Source: an uncultured Prochlorococcus sp. (GTDB lineage: Bacteria; Cyanobacteriota; Cyanobacteriia; PCC-6307; Cyanobiaceae). From it: a DNA stretch of 64,000 nt. The translations under genes and the position numbers were made by a program. Location of the stretch: contig CACOQT010000002.1 of NCBI GenBank assembly GCA_902629395.1, positions 20,670 to 84,669 of the forward strand, given 5' to 3'. Shown here piece by piece: positions 34,197 to 44,945 of this stretch (position 1 is the first letter of the stretch; the number at the start of each line of letters is the position of its first letter). Under the pieces are notes generated by a model that searched no databases, was not told the DNA's origin, and saw only the letters and a list, made by a program, of their open reading frames with translations.

Positions 34197-34778
34197 TTAG
34201 TTGGAATTTAAAATAACTGAACCATGTCTCAACAAATTCCATTTCCCCTCTTCCCAACTAACAACTGTGCTTGCCATGCCAGACGAATTGGGCCAAGGTA
34301 AAGGTGCAAGCATTGGAATCCCGGGGAATTGAATTGAGGCTTCTAACGCATTTTTAGCAGGTGGTTCTCCAGAGATGTTTGCACTGGTAGTAGCCAGAGG
34401 TCCAGTTTGCATCAGCAAATCTCTTGCAAGTCTTAGTGCAGGTACTCTTAAACCAATAGAATTAGTTTGGCAATTAAGACTCTCAGAAAGATTTCCTATT
34501 GTCGGCATTACAATTGTTAGAGCCCCTGGCCAATAGATTTTTGCCAATTTCAAACCGTCTTCCTTAGCACAAGGGTGAACAAACTCAAATAAATCCTCCA
34601 AACACCCTCCCATTAATATGAGTGGCTTTGTTAAAGGCCTTTTCTTGATGATCCATATTTTTTTTGAATATTTAGGTCTGGAGCAAAGTGCTGGCAAAGT
34701 ATCGGTAGGAAATAAAGCTAAAGATCCATTTTTTAACTTTGAAGCCAAATCATCAATTCCAAATTGATTAGTTGGCAT
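34197..34778 (-). CDS. tsaC: L-threonylcarbamoyl-AMP synthase (Sua5/YrdC/TsaC)
   Basis: FPTDT.PAL, IK.RP..KPLI, WPGALT, GLRVP, GPLATTSANISG, ASTVV. Confidence 0.9.
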   Translation of the reverse strand: MPTNQFGIDDLASKLKNGSLALFPTDTLPALCSRPKYSKKIWIIKKRPLTKPLILMGGCLEDLFEFVHPCAKEDGLKLAKIYWPGALTIVMPTIGNLSESLNCQTNSIGLRVPALRLARDLLMQTGPLATTSANISGEPPAKNALEASIQFPGIPMLAPLPWPNSSGMASTVVSWEEGKWNLLRHGSVILNSN

Positions 34779-34780
34779 TT

Positions 34781-35653
34781 TTAAACCTTACGACAAATCG
34801 CATAACGTTTAATTCCACTTAAATCTTTTTCAAAAGAAACTTCTTTCATTCCAATCTTGTTCATAAGATCAATAATCTTCTCGCTTTGATCATAATGATG
34901 TTCAAGAATTAACCAACCTCCTTTTGCAAGTCCAATTGGTGCCCCATAAATGATTTTTCTGGCAGGATACATCCCATCACGCCCACCATCCAAAGCCAGG
35001 AGAGGTTCATGATCTTTGACAACTGGCTCTAACTCTTGTATTAAATTTGAGGGTATATATGGAGGATTACTTAAAACCAAATCAAATTTTCCCCACCATC
35101 TCTTCAAAGGTTCCCACCAATCTCCCAAAGCAAATTTCACATTCGCATACGGCACAATGGATTTTAGATTTCTTTTCGCTAGGGATAATGCATCATTACA
35201 AATATCTGCTGCATGACCACTCCAATTCGGCAGAGATTTAGCCAAAGATACTGCAATAGGTCCGGATCCAGTGCCTAGATCCGCCCATCTTCCACGATAA
35301 ACATTAGTCACTTTTTGCAAGGCGAAATCAATCAAAAATTCTGTTTCTTGTCTTGGTATAAGAGCTTTTTCTGTAACCTCCAACTCAATATCTCTCCAAG
35401 GGCATTTAGAAATCAAATATTGAAGTGGTGTTTGCTCTTTCAAATGAGATAACCAAATATTTTCTAATTCTTCAATTGAGGATTCTAGTGATATGTAAAG
35501 CTCAGGATTCAAAATAATTCTCTGTAATTTACTCCAAGAGACCCCAGCAGCCATATCCAAAAGCCAATCAAAATCAACTTTCCTTCCTCCTTGCATAATC
35601 ATTTTGCTCCTCCATTGAAGAAAAGTATCCCCAGAGATGGAATGAACAATCAT
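34781..35653 (-). CDS. prmC: Release factor glutamine methyltransferase PrmC/HemK
   Basis: PLQYL, ALIPRQETE, DLGTGSG.IA, SNPPYIP, HEP.LALDGG.DG. Confidence 0.95.
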   Translation of the reverse strand: MIVHSISGDTFLQWRSKMIMQGGRKVDFDWLLDMAAGVSWSKLQRIILNPELYISLESSIEELENIWLSHLKEQTPLQYLISKCPWRDIELEVTEKALIPRQETEFLIDFALQKVTNVYRGRWADLGTGSGPIAVSLAKSLPNWSGHAADICNDALSLAKRNLKSIVPYANVKFALGDWWEPLKRWWGKFDLVLSNPPYIPSNLIQELEPVVKDHEPLLALDGGRDGMYPARKIIYGAPIGLAKGGWLILEHHYDQSEKIIDLMNKIGMKEVSFEKDLSGIKRYAICRKV

Positions 35654-35668
35654 AAATTATCTATTTTT

Positions 35669-36109
35669 TTAAATTTTAGGACCTTCCTCAAGCATAGATA
35701 ATGTATTTCTAATCTGAACTGGTAATTTTCTTACTAGCTTTATTGATTCGTTTGTTTTTCTTACCAAAACAAGTGCAATTTCTGCTTCGGCACCAATGTC
35801 ACCATTTGATTTTAAAAACAAAGTTTTACAGTTAAGTCGTATTTTATTTTCGAGTTTAAATTGACTTGTTAACAGTACCTTATCTCCATGAATAAAAGAT
35901 ATTTTATATCTAAGTTTAACTGAGATCACTGGGATTTCATATCCCTTTTTAGATAATTTTGAATATGAAAGTCCAACTTTATTAAGAGCATCAATCCGCC
36001 CTTCTTCTAAGAAGTTTAAATAGGAACCGTGCCACATTACTCCTGCATGATCAGTGTGCTGAGGCAGCACCACTTTTGGAAATTCCCAAGGTTTTTTTTC
36101 TGAACCCAT
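35669..36109 (-). CDS. Acyl-CoA thioesterase (4-HBT/YbgC family)
   Basis: V.PQHTDHAGVMWHGSYL.FLEEGR hot-dog fold motif. Confidence 0.9.
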   Translation of the reverse strand: MGSEKKPWEFPKVVLPQHTDHAGVMWHGSYLNFLEEGRIDALNKVGLSYSKLSKKGYEIPVISVKLRYKISFIHGDKVLLTSQFKLENKIRLNCKTLFLKSNGDIGAEAEIALVLVRKTNESIKLVRKLPVQIRNTLSMLEEGPKI

Positions 36110-36244
36110 CCTATAGAAACCTATTTATCTTTATCCATCAATAAAGTAAGAAAAGTTTGAAGTTATATCTTTCTAAGATAAAACCTCAATCTTGTTATGA
36201 CCTCAAGCAAATGCTGGAGATCTTTGATTATGAAAAGGCCTGAT

Positions 36245-36403
36245 TTACTTTTTAGGTTCAGGGCTCAATCTACCCTTGCTGGAATCTGAATAAAAGCTTG
36301 ATTTCTCACCATCACTTGTAGAAACAAATAGACCAATAAGAAAAATTGTTGGCACTCCAACAAACAATAGACTCGCGGCAAAGCCAAAACTAGTGGTTTC
36401 CAT
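36245..36403 (-). CDS. psbM: Photosystem II protein M
   Basis: Hand-translated (below the ORF-track cutoff): METTSFGFAASLLFVGVPTIFLIGLFVSTSDGEKSSFYSDSSKGRLSPEPKK. Confidence 0.93.
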   Translation of the reverse strand: METTSFGFAASLLFVGVPTIFLIGLFVSTSDGEKSSFYSDSSKGRLSPEPKK

Positions 36404-36879
36404 AACCAGGTTTTTACTCAGAACAAAATTTACTGAAATAAACTATATATCCCTTGAGCAAAAAAACGGCATTTAAATCAAAGAGACTGAGATTTTGTAA
36501 TTTGCCGAAAAGTAATGAGTTGATTAATCCTATTTTTTAAATTTTGATTTTATTGGACTGAAAAATTTATCAAAGCTTCTATTTCAACTCAATTCGAGTC
36601 TAAATTTTCGTTTTTTTCAAACTCACTGTGTAATAAAACAACTAAAAATTACAAAATCGATGGAAATTTGAAAATTTCTTCTTTTTCTTTTTTTTTTAAT
36701 TTTTTCTAGTCCACCACTGCCTAGTTAACAATTCAAGCCCCAAAAAACAAGCTAAATTTTGTCCAAGAGTGTCAAAAGTCATTTCAGGTCTCTACATCCT
36801 GTGCATTAACTCAAGCAATACCATTTACGATCATGCGAGTCTTGCTGCATTAAGCAGCTTCGTTATACGAACCTGACCC

Positions 36880-38403
36880 ATGGGATTGCCCTGGTATCGG
36901 GTGCACACAGTTGTTATTAACGACCCTGGCCGCCTCTTGGCCGTGCACCTCATGCATACTGCTTTGTTAGCCGGCTGGGCCGGCTCAATGGCCTTATATG
37001 AATTGGCCATTTTTGATCCTTCTGATCCAGTACTTAATCCAATGTGGCGCCAAGGCATGTATGTCATGCCCTTTATGGCCCGCCTTGGAATTACAGGTAG
37101 CTGGAACGGATGGGATATAACCGGTGCAACCGGAGTTGACCCCGGTTTCTGGAGCTTCGAAGGTGTTGCTGCAGCTCATATAGTTTTCAGTGGTCTCTTG
37201 ATGCTCGCTGCCGTATGGCACTGGACATACTGGGACCTTGAATTGTGGGAAGATTCCCGCACTGGAGAACCAGCTTTAGATCTTCCAAGAATATTTGGAA
37301 TCCATCTTTTCTTAGCTGGCTTGACATGCTTTGGTTTTGGCGCCTTTCATTGCTCAACGGTTGGAATATGGGTCTCTGACCCATATGGATTAACAGGTCA
37401 TGTAGAAAAAGTTGCTCCAGTTTGGGGTGCAGAAGGATTTAATCCATTCAATGCTGGAGGGATTGTCGCTAATCACATTGGGGCAGGACTTTTAGGAATA
37501 ATTGGTGGAATATTCCATATCACCAACAGACCTGGAGAAAGGCTTTACAGAGCTTTAAAGCTGGGAAGTCTTGAAGGTGTTCTTGCCAGTGCTTTAGCTG
37601 CTGTTCTTTTTGTATCTTTCGTAGTCGCTGGAACTATGTGGTACGGATCAGCGACAACTCCAGTTGAATTATTTGGCCCAACCAGATATCAATGGGACTC
37701 TGGTTATTTCAAGACTGAAATTAACCGCAGAGTCCAAGAATCTATGAACGATGGTGCTTCTAAAGCTGAAGCTTATGGAGCCATCCCCGAACAACTTGCT
37801 TTCTATGACTACGTAGGTAATAGCCCTGCAAAAGGTGGGCTGTTCAGAGTTGGAGCAATGGTTAATGGCGATGGAGTCCCAAGTGGATGGCAAGGTCACA
37901 TCTCATTTACTGATAGCGAAGGCAATGACTTAGAAGTCAGAAGAATTCCTAATTTCTTTGAAAACTTCCCTGTCATTCTTGAGGATAAGGATGGCAACGT
38001 TAAAGCTGACATTCCTTTCCGTCGAGCCGAAGCTAAGTACTCGATTGAACAAACCGGAGTAACTGCTACTGTTTATGGTGGTGAATTAAATGGACAAACC
38101 TTCACTGACCCAGTAATAGTCAAACGCCTAGCTAGAAAGTCTCAACTTGGAGAAGCCTTCAAGTTTGATAGAGATCGCTACAAGTCAGATGGTGTCTTCC
38201 GAAGCTCTCCAAGAGCGTGGTTCACCTATGCACACCTTTGCTTTGGCTTGTTATTCCTTTTTGGGCACTGGTGGCACGCCGCAAGGACTCTATTTGGCGA
38301 CAGATTCTCAGGTATCGATCCAGAACTTGGGGATCAGGTAGAGTTTGGTCTCTTCAAAAAACTTGGAGACGAAACAACCCGCCGAGTTCCTGGTCGAGCT
38401 TAA
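36880..38403 (+). CDS. psbB: Photosystem II CP47
   Basis: [29 protein letters not shown]..., [22 protein letters not shown]. Confidence 0.99.
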   Translation: MGLPWYRVHTVVINDPGRLLAVHLMHTALLAGWAGSMALYELAIFDPSDPVLNPMWRQGMYVMPFMARLGITGSWNGWDITGATGVDPGFWSFEGVAAAHIVFSGLLMLAAVWHWTYWDLELWEDSRTGEPALDLPRIFGIHLFLAGLTCFGFGAFHCSTVGIWVSDPYGLTGHVEKVAPVWGAEGFNPFNAGGIVANHIGAGLLGIIGGIFHITNRPGERLYRALKLGSLEGVLASALAAVLFVSFVVAGTMWYGSATTPVELFGPTRYQWDSGYFKTEINRRVQESMNDGASKAEAYGAIPEQLAFYDYVGNSPAKGGLFRVGAMVNGDGVPSGWQGHISFTDSEGNDLEVRRIPNFFENFPVILEDKDGNVKADIPFRRAEAKYSIEQTGVTATVYGGELNGQTFTDPVIVKRLARKSQLGEAFKFDRDRYKSDGVFRSSPRAWFTYAHLCFGLLFLFGHWWHAARTLFGDRFSGIDPELGDQVEFGLFKKLGDETTRRVPGRA

Positions 38404-38438
38404 ATCAGGATTCTTTACCCCTTATACCGAGAACTTAG

Positions 38439-38534
38439 ATGGAAGCTTTCTCCTATGTGCTAATACTTACTTTGGCACTAGTAACTCTCTTCTTTGCTGT
38501 CGCATTTCGTGATCCTCCGAAATACGATAAGTAA
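38439..38534 (+). CDS. psbT: Photosystem II protein T
   Basis: Hand-translated [31 protein letters not shown], directly after psbB. Confidence 0.96.
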
Positions 38535-38539
38535 AACAA

Positions 38540-38577
38540 CAATAAAAAAGCCCTGAAAATTCAGGGCTTTTTTATTG
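38540..38577 (+). terminator. Intrinsic terminator of psbBT
   Basis: CAATAAAAAAGCCCTGAA-aa-TTCAGGGCTTTTTTATTG perfect inverted repeat with T-tract. Confidence 0.9.
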
Positions 38578-38723
38578 TCCAATCATTAACTCAAATAGTT
38601 CAATTAGCTAAATATTCAAAATTAATATGATTTTTTTTAATTAAAAAGTAGTTTTCTTTAATCTACCCCTTCTCAGAAGCGAAATAAATGTTTAAAGTTA
38701 GGTAAATTATTTTACAGGGCTGC

Positions 38724-39203
38724 ATGCAGTGCCCATCTTGTCAGAATACAGACAGCCGTGTTCTTGAATCTCGTTCGGCCGACTCTGGCAGAAGCGTAAG
38801 AAGAAGAAGGGAGTGCTTAAATTGTGACTTCCGATTTACCACTTATGAAAGGGTGGAAACAACACCAATTACTGTTTTAAAAAGGAGTGGAGCAAAAGAA
38901 TTATTTAATCGAAGTAAACTAATATCAGGGATTAATAGAGCCTGCGAAAAAACACTTATAAACGGATGTAAGATTGAATTTATCGTAGATGAAATAGAAT
39001 CAGAACTCCATCAAGGTGTAAGTAAAGAAGTAAAAACAAACGAGATTGGAGAAATGGTTCTATCACATTTGAAAGATATAAATGAAGTCGCCTATATTAG
39101 ATTTGCCTCTGTTTATAGAAAATTTGATGGAATAAATGATTTCATGAAAACCCTGGAATCACTCAAACCTATAAAAAAAGAACAATTGGCATCAGTTCTT
39201 TAA
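38724..39203 (+). CDS. nrdR: Transcriptional repressor NrdR
   Basis: MQCPSC...DSRVLESR......[20 protein letters not shown] cone, [10 protein letters not shown]. Confidence 0.97.
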   Translation: MQCPSCQNTDSRVLESRSADSGRSVRRRRECLNCDFRFTTYERVETTPITVLKRSGAKELFNRSKLISGINRACEKTLINGCKIEFIVDEIESELHQGVSKEVKTNEIGEMVLSHLKDINEVAYIRFASVYRKFDGINDFMKTLESLKPIKKEQLASVL

Positions 39204-39306
39204 CTAGAAAGTCCTATCAATAAAGTAGAATTTAGTCTCAACATGGTCGGCGGGCCATTTTGTATTTCTATCGCACTGTCCACAAAAGGCAGACCGCCAA
39301 TAAAGC

Positions 39307-40419
39307 ATGTCTGAAAATCAAGCAAGCAAAGTTCAAGAAAAGAATCCAGAGAAAGAAACATTAATACCTGAGGAAACCGTTTCAAATGCCGTGAGTGAAA
39401 AATTTGAGGAGGGTTCCATTGACGAATCAAAAGAAGAAGAAGACATTCCTAAAAATATTCCTGCTGCTGATGACTCTTCAAGCAGAATTAATAAAAACGA
39501 TCTTGAAAGTGCAGGTTTCACTCTTGATGAATTTGCATCTTTACTTAGCAAATATGACTACAACTTTAAACCTGGCGATATAGTCAATGGAACTGTTTTT
39601 GCCCTTGAATCAAAAGGAGCAATGATAGATATTGGTGCTAAAACAGCTGCATTCATGCCAATGCAGGAAGTATCCATAAATAGGGTTGAGGGTTTAAGTG
39701 ATGTATTACAACCTTCGGAAATTAGAGAATTTTTCATAATGACTGAAGAGAATGAGGACGGTCAATTATCTCTATCAATTAGAAGAATTGAATACCAACG
39801 AGCTTGGGAAAGAGTCAGACAATTACAAAAAGAAGATGCCACAATTTATTCAGAAGTGTTTGCAACAAATAGAGGAGGTGCACTTGTTCGAGTTGAAGGC
39901 CTAAGAGGTTTTATCCCTGGATCACACATAAGCACCAGAAAAGCAAAAGAAGAACTAGTTGCTGATTTCCTACCCTTGAAATTTTTAGAAGTTGATGAAG
40001 AAAGGAATCGTCTAGTTTTAAGTCATCGCAGAGCTTTAGTTGAAAGGAAAATGAATCGTCTTGAAGTTGGTGAAGTCGTGGTTGGAGCCGTCAGAGGAAT
40101 AAAACCTTATGGTGCGTTTATAGATATTGGGGGTGTGAGTGGACTCCTCCATATTTCCGAGATAAGTCATGAACACATTGAGACTCCTCACTCTGTTCTA
40201 AACGTTAATGACCAAATGAAGGTAATGATAATCGACCTAGATGCTGAAAGAGGAAGAATTTCACTTTCTACAAAGGCTCTTGAACCAGAACCTGGAGATA
40301 TGCTTACAGACCCTCAAAAAGTTTTTGATAAAGCTGAGGAAATGGCCGCAAGATATAAGCAAATGCTTCTTGAACAAGCCGAAGAAGGTGAGGATCCTAT
40401 TGCGGTTATGACTATTTGA
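39307..40419 (+). CDS. rpsA: 30S ribosomal protein S1 (homolog A)
   Basis: Three S1 domains (IDIGAK.AAF.P, NRGG.LV.VEGLRGFIPGSH, KPYGAFIDIGGVSGLLHISEISH). Confidence 0.96.
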   Translation: MSENQASKVQEKNPEKETLIPEETVSNAVSEKFEEGSIDESKEEEDIPKNIPAADDSSSRINKNDLESAGFTLDEFASLLSKYDYNFKPGDIVNGTVFALESKGAMIDIGAKTAAFMPMQEVSINRVEGLSDVLQPSEIREFFIMTEENEDGQLSLSIRRIEYQRAWERVRQLQKEDATIYSEVFATNRGGALVRVEGLRGFIPGSHISTRKAKEELVADFLPLKFLEVDEERNRLVLSHRRALVERKMNRLEVGEVVVGAVRGIKPYGAFIDIGGVSGLLHISEISHEHIETPHSVLNVNDQMKVMIIDLDAERGRISLSTKALEPEPGDMLTDPQKVFDKAEEMAARYKQMLLEQAEEGEDPIAVMTI

Positions 40420-40437
40420 TTATTCTCTTATATCTTC

Positions 40438-41226
40438 ATGGCAGAGCTGATAATAAGAAATAGTTCCGTTGGTTTTATTAAGGCAATAATTTTTGACAAG
40501 GATGGAACTTTATCAAATAGTGAAGAATATTTATTAGCACTAGCCAAAGCAAGAATTGATTTAGCAGTAACCAAATTTAAAAAATTTAAAATTAATTTTT
40601 TAAAAATTTTTCTATTCAGAAAACTTCTCAATTATGTTTATGGATTAAATAAAAAATCTGTTTCAGCTAATGGAAGTTTAGCAATCGCATCAAAAGAGCA
40701 AAATATTATATCTACAGCGTCAGTAATAACTTTATTTGGTTTTGATTGGTTTCAAGCACTTTCACTAAGTCAAACAATATTTGATGAAGTAGATATTTCC
40801 TTTTCTCACAACAAAGACAATCTACAATCGAAAAGAACTCTAATTTCAGGAGCATTTGATCTATTAGTTTGTCTAAAAAATAAAGGAGTACATATTGCAT
40901 TAATGTCAAATGATACCCAAGCAGGAATAGAAGAATTTATTTATAAAAATGAATTAGAAGGTATATTTGATTTTCTATGGAGTGCTGAGAATAAACCCTC
41001 TAAACCTAACCCAAAAGCAGTTATAGAACTTTGCAAAAGGATGAATATAAATCCTTCAGAATGTGCTCTGGTTTCAGATGCCGATACTGATTTAAAAATG
41101 GCCAAAGAAGCAGATGTACCAATAATAGTTGGCTTTACTGGTGGATGGAAAAATCCTCCCATCCTTAGAGAAGAAAAATTAATTATTGAAAAATTAAATG
41201 AATTAAAGATTGAGATAAACACTTAA
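40438..41226 (+). CDS. HAD-superfamily phosphatase
   Basis: Motif I IFDKDGTL, motif II MSND, KP.P, VSDADTDL.MA..A. Confidence 0.9.
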   Translation: MAELIIRNSSVGFIKAIIFDKDGTLSNSEEYLLALAKARIDLAVTKFKKFKINFLKIFLFRKLLNYVYGLNKKSVSANGSLAIASKEQNIISTASVITLFGFDWFQALSLSQTIFDEVDISFSHNKDNLQSKRTLISGAFDLLVCLKNKGVHIALMSNDTQAGIEEFIYKNELEGIFDFLWSAENKPSKPNPKAVIELCKRMNINPSECALVSDADTDLKMAKEADVPIIVGFTGGWKNPPILREEKLIIEKLNELKIEINT

Positions 41227-41250
41227 AGTAGTATTCAATTCAGATTTCCA

Positions 41251-42480
41251 ATGAGTAGATACGTTTTCACCTCTGAATCGGTAACAGAAGGCCATCCTGA
41301 TAAAATTTGCGATCAAATAAGTGATGCCGTTTTAGATGCACTGTTAACTGAGGATCCAACTAGTAGAGTTGCATGTGAAGCTGTAGTAAACACTGGCTTA
41401 TGTCTAATAACTGGAGAAGTAACTTCAAAAGCGGCGGTTGATTTCAATAAACTTGTTAGAGAAGTCATCCAAAGCATTGGCTATGAAGGTGCAAGTGCAG
41501 GTGGTTTTGATTCCAATAGTTGTGCAGTCCTAGTTGCACTTGATCAACAATCTTCTGATATCGCTCAAGGAGTAGATGAAGCAGAAGATCATTCAACAGA
41601 TCCACTAGATCAAGTGGGTGCTGGTGATCAGGGGATTATGTTTGGATTTGCCTGCGACGAGACTCCAGAGCTTATGCCATTACCAATCAGTCTTGCTCAT
41701 CGCTTAGCAAGAAGATTGGCATTAGTTAGGCATGAAAAATTAATTGATTACCTCTTGCCTGATGGCAAAACCCAAGTAAGTGTCTCATACGAAAACGGTA
41801 TCCCCTGCTCAATTGACACAATCCTAATTTCTACTCAGCACACATCAGAAGTCAATGGAATAACACTCGAGGAAGAAATCCAAAAAGAAATTGCAAAAGA
41901 CTTATGGAAATTGGTTGTTGAGCCTGCCACAGAGGATCTTGATTTAAAACCTTCAAAGGAAACTACTCGTTTTTTAGTGAATCCAACAGGGAAATTTGTT
42001 ATTGGAGGCCCTCAAGGAGATGCTGGGCTCACGGGTAGAAAAATAATTGTAGACACATATGGTGGATATGCTCGCCATGGAGGAGGAGCTTTTTCAGGGA
42101 AGGACCCTACAAAAGTTGATAGATCTGCGGCTTATGCCGCGAGATTTGTCGCGAAATCATTGGTTGCAGCAAATCTTGCAAAAAAAGTTGAAGTCCAACT
42201 TAGTTATGCTATTGGTGTTGCCAAACCAGTCTCAATTCTTGTTGAATCTTATGGCACCGGTAAAGTTACAGACGATGAATTAACTAAAATTGTTCAAGAA
42301 CACTTTGATTTAAGACCAGGTGCGATAATGGAATATTTCAACCTTCAAAATCTACCTAAGCTAAGGGGAGGAAGTTTTTATAGAAATATTGCAGCTTATG
42401 GTCATTTTGGAAGAACTGATATTGATCTTCCATGGGAAGATGTATCTCAAAAAGCGAAAGAACTAGTTTTGCTCGTATAG
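41251..42480 (+). CDS. metK: S-adenosylmethionine synthetase
   Basis: [56 protein letters not shown]. Confidence 0.99.
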   Translation: MSRYVFTSESVTEGHPDKICDQISDAVLDALLTEDPTSRVACEAVVNTGLCLITGEVTSKAAVDFNKLVREVIQSIGYEGASAGGFDSNSCAVLVALDQQSSDIAQGVDEAEDHSTDPLDQVGAGDQGIMFGFACDETPELMPLPISLAHRLARRLALVRHEKLIDYLLPDGKTQVSVSYENGIPCSIDTILISTQHTSEVNGITLEEEIQKEIAKDLWKLVVEPATEDLDLKPSKETTRFLVNPTGKFVIGGPQGDAGLTGRKIIVDTYGGYARHGGGAFSGKDPTKVDRSAAYAARFVAKSLVAANLAKKVEVQLSYAIGVAKPVSILVESYGTGKVTDDELTKIVQEHFDLRPGAIMEYFNLQNLPKLRGGSFYRNIAAYGHFGRTDIDLPWEDVSQKAKELVLLV

Positions 42481-42498
42481 AAAGCTTTAATCAGAAAA

Positions 42499-43746
42499 AT
42501 GTTAAATAATCCACTTGTACTTGGTATTGATCTTGGTACCTCGGGCGTAAGGATTGCAATAATTAATATTCAAAAAAAAATACTGTTCACGTCATCAAAA
42601 ACATATTCGAGAGGTCTTAATCTTTCCGAAGATTGGGTAAATAGCCTCAGAGTTTTAATAAAAGAAATCCCAAAAGATCTTAAAGAAAAATTAGTAAGTT
42701 GTTCAGTAGCAGGTACCTCTGGAACACTTTTGGCTTGTAAGAAAAATGGAGATCCTATTGGCGAGGCTTTACCGTATTTTTTATCATTTAAGGAATATAA
42801 AAACAAAATTGAAAAGCTATTTACAAAAGAATCTCTGGGCTCAAGCATAAGTGGAAGTGTAGCAAGAGCATTAAGACTTTTAGAACTATATGGGGATCAA
42901 ATCCTTCTAAGGCACCAGGCAGATTGGATCAGTGGATGGCTTATCAATAATTGGGAGTATGGGGAAGAAGGTAACAATATTAGGATGGGTTGGGAAATAT
43001 CAAAAAATTCATGGCCAGAAAATTTTAAGAATTTACACTGGCTAAATTGTCTTCCTAAAGTAATTCCTTCAGGGCAAATAATGGGAAATATATGTTTCAA
43101 GAAAGCCAATGAGTTAAGTTTACCAAAAAGTCTTCAAATAATAGCAGGAACGACAGATTCTAATGCAGGGGTTTTAGCAACTTTTCCTAATAAAAATGAC
43201 GGAATAACAATTCTTGGAAGCACAATAGTAATTAAGAAGTTTGTTAATAAGCCTTGTATGGGAAGAGGAATTTCAAATCATAAGTTGTTAGGAAACTGGC
43301 TTTCTGGTGGAGCCTCTAATACAGGGTCTGCAATACTTCTAGATTTCTTTAATCTTGAATATATTGAAGAATTAAGCAAACAAATTAATCCTAATAAAAC
43401 GACAGGATTAAATCTTCTTCCATTCTCAAGTAAAGGAGAAAGATTTCCAATAGATGATCCCAATTTGAAACCTAAACTTGAGCCAAGGCCAGTCAGTGAT
43501 TCTCTTTATCTTCATGCATTATTTGAAGGCTTGGCGAAAATAGAAGCAAAAGGCTGGCAAAAGCTAAATGAATTAGGAGTTGATTTACCACAGCAAATAA
43601 TTACTATCGGAGGAGGTGCGAAAAACATTGCATGGAAAAAAATAAGAGAAAGAGAAATCGGTATACCTATCAAAATTTGCAACAGACCTCCCGCAGCTGG
43701 AGTAGCAACTATTGCTTTGCAGGGATTATTAGGATTTAAGGATTAA
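42499..43746 (+). CDS. FGGY-family carbohydrate kinase (xylulose/ribulose kinase-like)
   Basis: LGIDLGTSGVR, GTSGTLL, HQADW, GTTDSNA, LGST, GGASNTG, GERFP, GGGAKN. Confidence 0.9.
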   Translation: MLNNPLVLGIDLGTSGVRIAIINIQKKILFTSSKTYSRGLNLSEDWVNSLRVLIKEIPKDLKEKLVSCSVAGTSGTLLACKKNGDPIGEALPYFLSFKEYKNKIEKLFTKESLGSSISGSVARALRLLELYGDQILLRHQADWISGWLINNWEYGEEGNNIRMGWEISKNSWPENFKNLHWLNCLPKVIPSGQIMGNICFKKANELSLPKSLQIIAGTTDSNAGVLATFPNKNDGITILGSTIVIKKFVNKPCMGRGISNHKLLGNWLSGGASNTGSAILLDFFNLEYIEELSKQINPNKTTGLNLLPFSSKGERFPIDDPNLKPKLEPRPVSDSLYLHALFEGLAKIEAKGWQKLNELGVDLPQQIITIGGGAKNIAWKKIREREIGIPIKICNRPPAAGVATIALQGLLGFKD

Positions 43747-43827
43747 ATTCTGTATTACATTTTCAGTGTCAATCTCTTTAAAATTAACTAATTTATTATT
43801 TAATTTCTAATTTCATTAAAAAAACTC

Positions 43828-44097
43828 ATGAATTCAGAGCCTATCACCCAAAAGTCAAGTGCAAGAATATGCAATCATATGAATGAAGATCATAAAGATG
43901 CTGTCAATGCATATGCAAAATATTATGGAAAAATCAAAACTTTTAAATCAGCAAAGATGACCAGCTTATCTAAAGAATCTATAGAACTAAAAGTTGACGA
44001 CCAGACATTGGAAATAAAATTTGATCATATTCTTCAAGACTGTTCAGATGCCCATAAAACATTAGTTAAGATGATCAAATCTATTCCACCATTATGA
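43828..44097 (+). CDS. DUF2470-domain protein (heme/GluTR-binding-like)
   Basis: S.RIC.HMN.DH.DAV..YA.YYG ... I.FDH.L.D..DAH.TLV.M. Confidence 0.85.
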   Translation: MNSEPITQKSSARICNHMNEDHKDAVNAYAKYYGKIKTFKSAKMTSLSKESIELKVDDQTLEIKFDHILQDCSDAHKTLVKMIKSIPPL

Positions 44098-44243
44098 AAT
44101 TTGCTTCCAATAAAACAATTAGGCGGCTAGGTTTCTCACGATTTTCAACTTGCCTGTGCAATTGAAGAAAAGATAATTAAGGGGATTTCAATTTTTTTTT
44201 CTATAAAGTACATACTAATTGGTAGATTATTAGAGGTTGTAGT

Positions 44244-44316
44244 GCCGGGATAGCTCAGTTGGTAGAGCAGGCGACTGAAAATCGCCGTGTCCCCAGTTCA
44301 AATCTGGGTCCTGGCA
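44244..44316 (+). tRNA. trnF: tRNA-Phe (GAA)
   Basis: GCCGGGATAGCTCAGTTGGTAGAGCAGGCGACT-GAA-AATCGCCGTGTCCCCAGTTCAAATCTGGGTCCTGGCA. Confidence 0.97.
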
Positions 44317-44339
44317 TACTTAAACCTTGGTTTAAGTAT

Positions 44340-44374
44340 CAATAAAGAAGACCCTTAAAGGGTCTTTTTTATTG
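44340..44374. terminator. Intrinsic terminator after tRNA-Phe
   Basis: CAATAAAGAAGACCCT-taa-AGGGTCTTTTTTATTG; preceded by a second hairpin TACTTAAACC-tt-GGTTTAAGTA (44317-44338). Confidence 0.85.
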
Positions 44375-44575
44375 CCTAGAACCTGACCTGCAAAAAGGAT
44401 TCAAGAAAATAAAGCTTAAAATTTTCTCCACCATTAGAAGTGATACATATGGCAGTGTTAACAACATGCCAAAGCATAGTTCGCTTGATATTTTCAGAAG
44501 AATTCTGATGCTTTTAGGCAAGTCCTTACTTTGTGTTATCTTAATTTGGACCTTGTGATGCTCATTTAGAAACAC
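44369..44575 (-). CDS. Small hypothetical protein
   Basis: 68-aa ORF with a hydrophobic C-terminal half, ending in the tRNA-Phe terminator; no family recognised. Confidence 0.3.
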   Translation of the reverse strand: MFLNEHHKVQIKITQSKDLPKSIRILLKISSELCFGMLLTLPYVSLLMVEKILSFIFLNPFCRSGSRQ

Positions 44576-44945
44576 TTAGTAAACATATAAAAAGGGCTTA
44601 AAGCAAGGACTTTTAAAATGCATAAAAAGCATTAGCAGTATTTTTCTATGCCTTTAATTGATAGAGAAAGATTTTTTAGATATTCTGCACTTAATCCAAA
44701 ATAATTTGCCACATTATTGTAATGGCACTTTTCAGGTAGATGTTTTGATATCCCAAAACATCCAAACTAATAAACTCCACTAAATATTGTAATCAATGCT
44801 TAGGGAAAAAATATTCAAATCATTATTTCTAAATTTGTAATTTGAAGTCAAACGGACGATCTGATATTAACGATTTGATCTAAATCAAAAATGTAACTAA
44901 TTTAGATATTTGATCTATAATTGTAAAAGTCATTAAAGCGTTTTT

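Noticed and set aside
36676..36705. Long T tracts upstream of psbB and the A tract at ~58135-58145 between cpeB and cpeA as phase-variation sites
   Set aside because: They are intergenic, homopolymers are common in this AT-rich genome, and nothing indicates switching.
36831..38438. Several alternative-frame and antisense ORFs over psbB
   Set aside because: Expected by-products of the codon bias of a highly expressed, GC-richer gene.
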